The notes beneath the pieces were generated by a model. That model worked only from the letters and a program-made list of their open reading frames with translations. It had not been told where the DNA came from and searched no databases. A stretch of 54,308 bases of DNA, filler included, from Dirinaria sp. TL-2023a (taxonomy: Eukaryota): the NCBI GenBank assembly GCA_051941275.1. It is 2 parts of 2 records of this genome, joined end to end, with 100 filler letters (N's around TTAATTAATTAA, not from the genome) between each part and the next. Parts side by side here need not be neighbours in the genome. Positions count along the whole stretch, not along the records: positions 1 to 27,132 come from JAVEBF010000149.1; positions 27,233 to 54,308 come from JAVEBF010000150.1. One strand, written 5' to 3'. A program made the translations under genes and the position numbers. The number at the start of each line of letters is the position of its first letter. Position 1 is the stretch's first letter. Below are positions 25,119 to 36,247 of the stretch, piece after piece.

Positions 25119-26639
25119 CAAGTACCGTAGCGTGGACCGACTTGCGTGGACGCGGCATCATTTGCACACTCCCAAAGGTAACTCGGTTCTTCACTGTTGT
25201 AATTAGGAGCTTGCTGATCGGTGGTAGGGCTTTGGGCGTCTCCTCAATCGGGTCTAAGATTCCTTTCACCAATGCAGCCCTTCGAGCAACGCGGTCACAG
25301 AGGCTGCCGCTTGCTCCCGGTCACATCCGCTATTGTATATTTAGGGTGTGGTTTGCATTGGTTTCAGCGTTTCAGGCCTCTCTGAGCCTTTGGCATCGGT
25401 CGCAGCTGTCATGGCAAGAGGGGCCGTTCTAGGATGCCTTTCGATCATGGTAAGAGCATAGCCCATTCTATCTATGGCCGATGACCGTACCTTATAGACA
25501 CTGATTGGTTCAGGGAAATACATCCGGAGTCATAATAGTTGGCGCTTTGGACTTATTCACTAATAGAGGGACCCACGAATTCTTACTAGGTTGTGAAGCC
25601 TGTGATGCAGCTGCTTGAATCGACGACGAATCGTCTAGTTCTAATGTAGATTACGTACAGCTAGATACTTGCGCGGCTCCTCGGTTCTCGAGGAAAAGGA
25701 AATAAAAGAGGGGAGAGGTTTTGCTCGTGTGGGGTCTGTGGCCAAAGAATATCTCATTCTAAAGGGAGACCTGAAGCTTTGCGAGAGATCGCTACCCGCA
25801 GCGGTATGCAAGGCTTGGGTTTACATGATCGACCTTGAGAAACACAATCAGTCAAGCCTTCAAAACTGGTGCAAATTCGATCTCCTGCTTTGACCAAAGG
25901 ATACGTGAAGGACAGTCGATCTCTTGCCTTCTAGAATCGAGATTAAAGAAAATCTGGAGGCATATCCGTGAGTCTCTTCGAGCCCTTTGAAGCTGAATCT
26001 CCAGCTATTGATGCATTTTTGTAATCTTTTATGAGCCTCAATGGTACTTTACCTTGCTTTTGAGAATTGAATTTCCGTGGGAGATCTGTTCGAAACTTTC
26101 AATTCGTATTCATCGTTTATTACGTATATGCACCCTAAGGCTTAGGTAGGTATCCCTTATTAAGGTACTGTAGATGCGCGCTATCTGTTGGATATTACTC
26201 AATCTTTACTTGTTTTCGTCCGACCTCGTTACTGTTATCTCCGATGACACTTCTCAAATTTTACAGGGAATGCACCTCATTTGTGGATTCATTCGAGGTT
26301 ATGGTCTGGTTACTGGTAAAGGTGGAAGATGTTATGAGCAACTGGACCTCCGAGGAGGTGATGGTGGTGGACTTGGGCCACTTGGCACTGAGCAGTAATG
26401 GTCACGCGTGGGGGACTCTCCGCCAGTATTTGGAACATGTGTTTGAATCTACCTTAGGTCATCATCACTCAGAATTATAAAGGACGGTCTATACAGGTCG
26501 GTTTCCCCAGGTCATTGGTGCACGCATGGGCATCAGGTCACCCTCCAGGGCTATCTAGATAACTAGAGCCTATGATCCCACATCTAATCATTTACAATGC
26601 TTCTATTGGATTGTGAACTCGGCCACAATTTACTACGAT

Positions 26640-27132
26640 TATGATCTTGGCATGGTGATGATTTTATCATGCAACCAAAGAAACAACAGCGACGCTTCTG
26701 AATTCTCGAAAAAGAAAAAATGTTTTTGATCGATGTTTTTTTTCGAGTTTGATGCGAGACGTTTGCCCTTAAATCAATTGACGTTGAAAACATTACGTAT
26801 CTCGTTAAATTCGATTATGCGATAAATATGCTCCTCGAAATAGCTCACGAGTGTCATGAACCAGACCCCTTGTGAGGTGATACGATTGTGTGATACGCAG
26901 TGTAAACAAGCTCACAGTAGATATGATCTCAATGAATTCGATTTGTAATAGCATTAAATCGTGAGAAATTTAAAAAAGATTTTCGAGATAAAAACTCTGC
27001 ATCGTCAAAACGTTAGAGAGACGTCAACACGACGATAATCAAACACGTCATTATCTATCATGAATTTTTAGAGTTACGTTATTTAAAGTTGAGTTCTGAC
27101 ATTGCATTACAATTGTCTTCTTTTTTGAATTC
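26640..27132. mobile_element. AT-rich, mutationally eroded repeat/transposon remnant at contig end (RIP-like)
   Basis: About 32% GC in the last 250 nt, no CC or GG dinucleotide in 26877-27132, no long ORF, abuts the assembly break. Element family not identifiable. Confidence 0.5.
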
Positions 27133-27232
27133 NNNNNNNNNNNNNNNNNNNNNNNNNNNNNNNNNNNNNNNNNNNNTTAATTAATTAANNNNNNNNNNNN
27201 NNNNNNNNNNNNNNNNNNNNNNNNNNNNNNNN
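27133..27232. other. Artificial contig spacer (44 N + TTAATTAATTAA + 44 N)
   Basis: Exactly 100 nt, symmetric, with a central palindrome giving TAA stops in all six frames. Confidence 0.97.
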
Positions 27233-27681
27233 GGTGGTAAGAGAGAAGAGAGCGTGGTTGGGTAAAAAAAGAATGGAGGATTGGATCCTATAGGTTTTGT
27301 GAGTGTATGCAGCTGATTCCGTGATGCATTTGAATTATTGGATGTGTAAGAGAGGTGTTTTCTTTATGAAGAGGAAGAAAACAATACTACTGCTGAAGAA
27401 GACGAGGGAGAAATGCATTTGTTATAAGTGCTGCGCACTTCTGCACTGGGCAAATTTCTGCCTGAAAGTTCTCAGATGCTTGAAGAACTAGTACTGTGGC
27501 ATCTGATGGCTTTCAATGGCCTTTATCTGCCGTCAAACCGGGACGGCTCCAGTATTTTCTCAGCATTGTCGCCCACGACATTCAAAGTATGTATGTGCGG
27601 GAGAATGTAGAAACGCAGTGAGGCAACTTAAAATCGAAGTCTAGCCTAATCAGATACCCAGAGGTGGTAATAGCTTCTGGA

Positions 27682-27683
<2 letters not shown>

Positions 27684-27717
<34 letters not shown>
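27684..27717. repeat. (AG)17 microsatellite
   Basis: Read directly. Confidence 0.95.
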
Positions 27718-27721
<4 letters not shown>

Positions 27722-28196
27722 GAAGAGAGGAAGAGAGGTGGTGTAGTTTGTCAATTATTTCCAATTTCGTGCACGAAGCTTTGTGCTTCCTAGTCGATGT
27801 GATCATATAACTGAGGGGAGTTGATCTGGATACGAAAGCAGATTCCTTTACATGGCCAATCCCACGGGTAGCTGAATCCGAGTGACTGGTTTGAGTGGGC
27901 TCATGCGATCTCGATGTTGTTGGCATAATACTAGGTCGTCCTAGAAAGACGAGTTCGTCGTACACATGAAATGCGTTAGTGACAGTATGTAACTGGTACC
28001 AACCTACACTATATTGTACCTTGCCTACATGTAAATAGTAAAAACCTCCATCTTTGACAGAGTAATACCTTAGGGATGCATCAGTCGTACCTGCATTTCG
28101 TTAATTGTACCTTAGGTACTCACCAAGCCGGATAAACACGAAAACGAGCAAAAACATTTTTAAAAAATATATATTAAAATTGCGCTCTACGTTTTC

Positions 28197-28366
28197 AAAG
28201 GAATCCCGATGATGGTGCAGAGGGCTGCTCGAGATAGTAGGGATAAAACCCGCTAGTCCCAGAGTGCTGGCGCTGATGTGCAGTCGGGTTCCTTTTTGAC
28301 CTTTTCCCCAAAAGGTCGTCGGTTCGAATCTGTCTTCAATCGCCCAAAGGCTTTTTTTTTTTTTTT
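28197..28366 (+). ncRNA. Candidate RNA polymerase III structured ncRNA (family unassigned)
   Basis: TATA at 28168-28175, A-box-like TGGTGCAGAGG at 28213-28223, B box GGTTCGAATC at 28321-28330 and a T15 run at 28352-28366. About 100-nt hairpin plus an 8-bp hairpin. Confidence 0.65.
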
Positions 28367-28659
28367 CTTTCTGGAACACACTACTGTACTATGTTCTTCA
28401 AAGCGAAACTTACAATATACCTTAGCGCGCTCGAGAGGCTGTAGTACTAGGGAGAGGCGCGTTACCCGCGAGCAGACCGCGTCTTAAGCTAAACTTCTTT
28501 TGGCGTAAACAATCGATAATGCAAGGCCTGCTACTAGCTAGAGTCGGAGCGCTCAAGGGCGATGATTGATTAAAAAGTCTCAGAGCAGATCCATTCCCAC
28601 GCTGTTGCAGCGGGATACGCGCCTCTTACAAATAGCGGAGCCGGATGTCTGACTGAAAA

Positions 28660-29409
28660 ATGGACCCTCCGCACCGCCGGCAAATCGAGCTACAGGCCCC
28701 TGCAGACTTCACTTACCTACTGGCCAACATCCGCGCATCAGCCCAGCAGAAGATCGAGGCTGCCTTTCCGCGCTCCGCAGCACCGCAGCGCGAGGAAGAT
28801 GCATTGAGGTCGAAAGTCGAGGAACTCGTGCAACAAGTTCGTCCTACGTGGCCCTACTACACTCTTACCGATTGCTTGCTTCCTGGGTAACCGCTAGATG
28901 CTAACCGTCTCGGATTTCAGTACGTGACAAGAACTCTGGAGTTCGCCCTCGATTCCATCTCCATCAATGGCCAGAGTGCCAGCGCTTCGCTGCTGCAACC
29001 CGCCAATAATACCGATCAGGGAGGCCCGCCTTCACCCACCTCCCCCGCTGCCGACGACTCGAACTACGAGCCCCACGACCCGCGCTTGGCGGAAAAGCTG
29101 CGCATGCTCTATATGCAGCATGAGCAGGAGACCACGCGCGTGGCGGAAATGAGGAGAGATGCGCCTGGTGCGGCGGCTAGAGCGTATGTCGAGCGCTTGC
29201 GCAAAGAGATGGAGATGGAGAGGGAGATGAAGGCTGAAGAGCTGGGAGAGGAGAGCATTCCTGGACTAGGTGCATTGGAGCGGAAGCAAGATATTGAGGA
29301 GACTTGGGAACGAGGCCTCGAGAGCCTGGCGGGATTGAAGGGTATCACGGAGGTTGTGGCAAGATTAGACAGAGCGGCGCAAGCGGTCGAGGTTGTAGAA
29401 AGTATGTGA
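28660..29409 (+). CDS. Kinetochore MIND/Mis12 complex subunit Mis14/Nsl1 family, 2 exons
   Basis: HRRQIELQAPADFTYL...KVEELVQQ|YVTRT...ISING...YEPHDPRL...VAEMRR pattern typical of fungal Mis14; intron ends at 28920. Confidence 0.8.
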
Positions 29410-29717
29410 AACGATGGATCAAGGGAAACAGCGGGGTTTCTGCAATTTTGGGGTCATATTGATGAATCTATTCTGGTTTCCGAATCATTACTTGAGACGT
29501 TGAATTGTACCGAAAAGTGGTGGTAGGGATTCAGGTTCCTAAGGAATAAGCGATTCTCGGACCAGTCATGATCTGGATGGCCCAGTGTCGAGAAAGCATC
29601 ATCGACTTGCAGGCCTCTGGGGTATCTTCAGAAACCCTTGGGTTCCACCAATCTTGAATCTTGCATAGGCATTCATGAGGTAAAAACTAATCATATCTAC
29701 TGAGCTCTGCGGAATCT

Positions 29718-30905
29718 TCACGCCAGCGGTGCTTGTTTTGCTCCGGCGCCAGCTGCATCGGGCTCTGTAGTAGCACTCGACCCGCCCTGTGGTTGGTGAG
29801 TTGCTATCGTGCTTGAAGGCTCGTTCTCTATTGTTGTCGACGGCTTTTCGTCCTGCGCCCATTTCGGAGTCCTCGCCCACTGCGGATCTTGCCAAGGTCC
29901 TGCATCACTCAAGGCACAAGTCCCCTCACACTCGCACGAGCCTCCGAAAGCTTTTGGCAGGTTCTCCTTGGGTACCTGCCCGAGAAGCTCTTTCTCATAT
30001 CCACTTCCTAACACATGAATCTTCTGAACGGTGACCGGGTCGAGGAAACCTTTAATGACGCTAAACGCACCCGCAAATCCCCATGGCGCATTAATGATGT
30101 AGAGTTTCCCAAGCCGTTCTGGATAGTAGTTTTGCGAAATTGCGGACGCTTGTTTTATGTAGCCATATACAGAGCCAGCCTTCGAAATGCCGACGCCTTT
30201 CATGTCCAAGATCGAGCAACAGGTTTCGAGAAGGGAACCGGCTTTGCGTGAACAAGCAGGCAAACGAGGATCAGCAAGTTTCTCGTACTCGACGACAAGG
30301 TTGGACAGCATGCGCTCGGAAGTTGTAATCTTATACATGGCGGTGAGGTCGATCTTGCCCAGCTGTTCGATGTAGACTGGTCTTCCATCCTATGAAATAT
30401 AAACATCGAGAGGTTATAGGTCGAGTAGCAAGGCATCTTTACCTTGTCCGTCTTATGGTAATACTGTGGATAGTACTGGAAGACCTGAGGTTTCTCCTTG
30501 TAGTCAAACGTTCTAACAAGGTCGTCTGTTCCGAACTGTTTTCGCCATTTCTCACAATCTATAAACCTATATTCTCTAAGCAAGGCTAGGCACGAATGAA
30601 AGGTATTGGGGCCTACATTTGCTTCGAATGCTCCACATTGAACTTTCTCGCCCGAAGGAAACGCAGCTACCCAGATGGTGGTCAACTGGATGTAACAGCA
30701 GAAGCGGAAGAGTGCCGAACCGTACCATGGTCAACGTGTCTAGCCGATCTTTGTAGCCAGCTTGCTCCAGCTGCGTCCGCAGTTGGAACACTTGCGCATC
30801 CTGCTCTGGTGTGGTGTGACCTGGATGCCCACTCTTGACTTCCGGACTGGTAGTGGGATAGTCATAATCGTCGTATTTCGAGTCGGTCCGTATTTGATTT
30901 GCCAT
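29718..30905 (-). CDS. SEC14: Phosphatidylinositol/phosphatidylcholine transfer protein Sec14, 4 exons
   Basis: [65 protein letters not shown]. Confidence 0.95.
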
Positions 30906-31575
30906 ATCCACAGAACAGAACGCGCAGCGTTCTTCATCCAAGGCAGGTAAGAGAGTATCAGCTGTTGAATCTGTGCAATGAGTGTGGTCCAGGTCAAGGT
31001 TTAAGGTATGGTCGACAAGGGCAGACAAGGGTGTTGGTGGGCGCAAGATTTAAATGCCCTGCACATGCGCCCCCACAACCGCGTCTATCTATAAACCCTA
31101 CCTTTCTACCTACCTTAGGTAAGGTGATGTATCTTACCTTACTAGCACATGCCTTGACCTTACCTACCTAGGAAGATACGATACCTTAGTACCTTAGGTA
31201 TGCATCCTCGGCATCTTACATGCATCTGTAGGTACCTAAGGTAAGGTAGGTTCCGGGGGCAGTAAAGGCAATCATCTATTCCTAGGACCCCTGGAGTATG
31301 AGTACTCGACTACTCGTACCTTTGTCACTTTCATGATGCCTTTGCATGACGATCGGTTTGATTTTTATGCTATACTTATCACAGTAAATTACTTACAAAA
31401 AGGTGCATGCAATCAGGAGAAAGCAGGCCAAATCACGAACGCTCCACTGCTTCTTTCGCTCCAACTCTGCAGTCTGTACACGGCCTCCAGCGTTCTCAAA
31501 TCCGCACATTGCGCCCCCGTCCTCGCCAGCACCAGCCCCGAACATCACCATAGAAGTGTAGGTTTCGCCCCTATC

Positions 31576-34544
31576 TCATGAATGCAACTTCGCCATCGTA
31601 TTCAACGCACTGCCGTTCTTAAACCATTCAATCTGTGACTCATTGAACGTGTGCGCCAGCTTAGCCTCCCATGGCTTCCCATCCTTGGGGTGCACTCGGA
31701 GAGTCATAGGATGGCCAACAGCAAGCTGCGTGCACATGAGGTCGACCTTATCATCCGGGTTGATCTTGTCGTAGTCGGCAGGGTCTACGAAGGTCAAAGG
31801 TAGCATTCCCTGCTTTTTAAGATTGGTTTCATGCTATGCGACTCGTGAGCTCAAAGCCAGCGTGTTCAGAGCCCATGGTAGTACTTACGATACGGGCAAA
31901 ACTTCGAGTGATGATAGCGAGACCGCCCAGGTGTCTGGGCTCCAGCGCAGCATGTTCTCTAGAACTTCCCTCGCCGTAATTCCAATCGCCAATCACAACC
32001 CATTGAATGCCTTTTTTCTTGTAATCACGAGCGGTTGCAGGGACAGCACCTAATTCACCAGTGGTCAGGTTTTTCACCTTATTAGCCTCTCCATTTGCTG
32101 CATTGATGGCACCAATTAACATGTTATTAGAGATGTTATCGAGATGACCGCGGTATTTCAACCAAGGTCCAGCCACTGCATACAACATTAGTATGCTATC
32201 GCGTATCGTGCATGGAGGACGCATCACGTACTGGATATATGGTCCGTTGTAGTCTTGCCCTTCGTCTTGATCAGGATTGGGAGGTCGATTGCATCTTTAC
32301 CATCCCAAGCTTTGAAACCCTCAAGTATCTGTAGCCGGTCACTTGAAGGAGACACTGCTACAGAAACTGACTGACGGTCCTTGGGCGGTGCCTGATATGT
32401 GTCACGGCCTGGATCGTATCCGTTCGCAGGTAAACCTGTACCTTCGGGCTCTGAAAGTTTCCAGTCATTGCCATCCTTGTCTTTCAGAGTATCGGTCAGT
32501 GGGTTGAAGTTCAGTGTGCCTGCCATGGTCAAAGCTACAACAAGGTCCGGAGATGTCACAAAAGAGTGAGTGGCGGGATTAGCGTCGTTTCGTCCGGTGA
32601 AGTTCCGGTTATATGAGGATAAGATGGAATTGGCCTCGCCCTTTTTCACATCCTTACGATCCCATTGACCAATACAAGGACCACAAGCGTTTGCAAGGAC
32701 CATACCCCCGAATTCTTCCAGTGTTTCAAGCTGACCATCGCGCTCAATGGTTGCTCGGATTTGCTCCGAACCAGGAGTAACAGTAAACATTGATTTGGCT
32801 TTGACACCATGGTTCAGCCCATCCCGAGCAATTGATGCGGCCCGACTCATGTCCTCGTAAGAAGAATTTGTGCAGGATCCTATCAACCCGACCTTCAGCT
32901 CCTCCGGCCACTGATTCGTCTTCACAGCGTCTTTGAATTGAGAAATAGGCGTTGCAAGATCGGGCGTGAAAGGTCCGTTGATATGCGGTTCAAGTTCGGA
33001 AAGATTGATTTCAATAAGTTGGTCGTATTCTGCACCCTCATCCTCTTTCAGTTCCGAAGCGTACGATCTTGCGAAATCACCAATGGATTTACGCTTTGTA
33101 GCCGCCAAATAGTCGTACATACGATCGTTGAATGGAAAGAGCGAGGTCGTCGCGCCAATTTCGGCTCCCATATTGCAGATAGTACCCATACCTGTGGACG
33201 ACAGGGCAGCAGCCCCAGGCCCATGATATTCCACGATAGCGCCTGTGCCACCTTTCACTGTCAATATCCCGGCAACTTTGAGAATGATATCTGTCGTAAC
33301 CGTCAGTTCATAGTGATTCACCATGGGCGATGGGATTTCTTGCATACCTTTAGCGGCGGTCCATCCAGACATTTCCCCTGAAAGCCTAACACCAATGATC
33401 TTAGGCGCCTTGACTTCCCACGGAAGATTTGCCATCACGTCCACTGCATCGGCCCCTCCAACACCGATAGCGCACATACCAAGCCCACCGGCGTTAGGGG
33501 TATGTGAGTCTGTGCCAATCATCAATCCGCCCGGGAAGGCATAGTTCTCGAGCACGATTTGGTGAATGATGCCAGAACCTGGCCGCCAAAATCCAATGTT
33601 GTATTTCGCGCATGACGTCGATAAAAAGTCGTAGACTTCTTTATTGATATCCTGAGCTCTTGCAAGATCCTTATCACCACCCATTTGAGCCTCGATGAGA
33701 TGATCGCAATGAACGGTTGTCGGCGTGGCCACTGAAGGCATATTTGCCGACATGAACTGGAGGATGGCCATTTGTGCTGTAGCATCTTGGCAAGCGACTC
33801 GGTCGGGCCTGAGCTTGAGATATGATTTCCCGCGTTCGATTTCTGCACCGTGAGGGTCGTCCAGGTGTGAATAAAGTATTTTCTCCGCGTAGGTGAGAGG
33901 TCGATCCAACCGTGCGCGAACTACGGCAAGATTCTCTGACATTTTCCTGCCATACGCTACCATGAGCACGACTTTTCGATAATGATTACAACTTCTTCCA
34001 AGGCACCACAAGTGGACGCATGTTGGATCCAGATGAAGCAACTTCGGAGCCGTCAAAGAGCGTGTAGAACGTACTTGTAATTGATGTAATTTCCCTGGCA
34101 CCCAATCATTAGTACTCTGCTATGGAAATTTTGCCAGCCAGAGGTACGGATAATCTGGAAACCTTACCTGCTCCCAATTGGTCATTTCGACCTTCTTGCT
34201 GAGAGGATCATCTGTGACCGTGGCCATTGTCCGAGACCTCGAGAGCTACAACGAGACGACCGTTAGCATACTCTGTAAAGTCACTGCGCCCTTTCTCTAC
34301 TGTTCGAGGTGCGTGTTTCTTAGCTGGTGAACGTACGAATCGACCATTGGGCACCTATATGCATCTAGTCAGCATGTATACCAGAAGCTTGGGGGTTCTG
34401 AGTATTTTTTCAAGACGCCGACAGCTCCATGCTTTTGACGGTCGACTCAAATTGTCATTGCCCAAGCTTTTCGGCCCTCCGGATGAAGTAGAATGGGGAG
34501 CTCACCAGCCTGCCCATGCGGGCAAAGTGCCTTGTTGAGATCAT
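31576..34544 (-). CDS. ACO1: Mitochondrial aconitate hydratase, multi-exon
   Basis: Presequence [29 protein letters not shown], then [55 protein letters not shown] and [10 protein letters not shown]. Confidence 0.97.
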
Positions 34545-34951
34545 ACTTCTGGATTCAGCTCCGAGATACAAGCTTGCAAGAAATGCTTGCACTTCGATCC
34601 CAGCTGCGAAGGTGGGAAACAGAAGAAAGTGGAGGGGAGAGAAACGACGACTAGGCAAAGCCGAGGGCGTAGAGGTATGCAAGGTCCTGACCAATCAGAA
34701 CACAGGTGAAACGATCCAATGCTGAGGGTTAGGGTTGGTTCATAGATAAGGGTAAGGCGCCGATATGAATAAAAACTTTCCGGTGAATTGATGTTTAATC
34801 GCTTAGCCAAGATTCAGATCATGATCATTATTACCTATCGCTGGATCGTATCGACACCATCTGGTACTTAACTTCGGGACGGCGATATGCGCTAAATTGA
34901 AATTGTTCTAAGACGCCCACATTACTTTCGTCATTCTTTCAATTCACTACC

Positions 34952-35452
34952 ATGGCACCGCAGAAGATCAAGACAAAACGTAGAACAAGGTACAATGAGG
35001 CACAATTTGGTGTTGAGCACTCATGGAACTAAATCTATATTCTTAGAGATCTCGATCAAATTCATGCTGATCTGCGATCCACCAAACATTTGGCGCAACA
35101 TAAAGCAACAAAGGCAGCCGAGGATTTGCCAGGCTTGGGGCAATTCTACTGCGTGGAATGTGCGAAGTACTTCGACGGGGATGCCAGCTTAGTGCAGCAC
35201 AGGAAGGGGAAGAACCACAGGAGAAGGTGCCGTTACTAGACTTTGACACATCACGCACTGCCTCCTCCAGACCGACGTTCACGCTGACCATAGTACTTTA
35301 GGCTCCGCGCTCTACGGAACGAGCCTTACACGCAGAAAGAAGCTGACGCTGCGATCGGTCTCACGACTGATAATGGATCGAGAAAACCGTCAGCTCTGAC
35401 TTCTTTGATGGACCAAACGGCTGCTTTGGACATTGAGATAAAGAGGCAATAG
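34952..35452 (+). CDS. BUD20: C2H2 zinc-finger pre-60S factor Bud20/ZNF593, 3 exons
   Basis: MAPQKIKTKRRTR|DLDQIHADL...EDLPGLGQFYCVECAKYF...HRKGKNHRRR|LRALRNEPYTQKEADAAIG. Confidence 0.92.
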
Positions 35453-35479
35453 CCAGCCTTAGTACCGCAACCCATACTT

Positions 35480-35690
35480 TGGAACCTGTCAAACGAATTA
35501 AGTAACTCAGCATTGGCCCAATGACACGCCAACCTCGAAAGTTTACTATGAGTAGTAGAATGCAGCGCTAGGAAAGTTCCCGTGCTACAAGAGCTTACAG
35601 AGAACCCATGTTTATAGGCGGAGACTCATACTACTTGTAGGTACACCGATTATCAGGGCCAGAAAACGCGACGATGGAGATTGATAGTAT
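35480..35690 (+). pseudogene. Probable decayed tandem duplicate of BUD20
   Basis: Collinear Bud20-like remnants (HLAQ-like, VEC, L..L...P...E, VG..TD..GP, MEID) with stops and frameshifts. Confidence 0.45.
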
Positions 35691-36247
35691 GATATGTCCC
35701 TACTTCAATAATGTCAAACATCCAGGAAACGGGAAAATCGATTGCCAAGCATCGGCGGAACGGACGTTACCTTATCTACCATCCTAGGGTACCTTATGAC
35801 GTTGCGCGTACTTTACCTTAGGTACTACTGTAAGATGAAGTATATAGTTTACATGGACCTTGACAAAGTCTTCAGAATCCGCTATACAATTGTCAAGCTT
35901 GGAACAGCGGAATAATGTGTTCTGAACCGTTCATCAAGATGAGTAATACTAATGAGCTAGCGGTCTAGGTGTAGTCAATTCTTTGAAATGGCTCCGTCGG
36001 TCTTTCCGGATTACTGGATGCCTAAGTGGGTGCCTGCTTGCCTAGGTAAAGTAGTGATGCCTTCAAGGCTCTAACAACAATTCTCTACCTAGTCCCCGAG
36101 CATCTTCATGTATAAAGCTACCTCAACGGCGGTTTTGATGAAAGACGAGTAGCTCCCGAGATAGTCAAGCGTTGAAGTGCTCCGGCATCAACCCCAAACC
36201 CGTCCAGATATCAGGTCCAGCCACGAGAGCCCTTCGACGATCGAGTT

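Noticed and set aside
27177..27188. TTAATTAATTAA palindrome as a piggyBac target or regulatory site
   Set aside because: Centred in symmetric N runs, so it is a synthetic linker.
28209..28280. SECIS element (AUGA...AAA...GA)
   Set aside because: Spacing is far longer than SECIS helix II, it is not in a 3' UTR, and no in-frame TGA selenoprotein is nearby.
28206..28345. Canonical intron-containing tRNA
   Set aside because: Acceptor and T stems are mismatched, no clear anticodon arm, and a competing long hairpin dominates; kept as an unassigned ncRNA.
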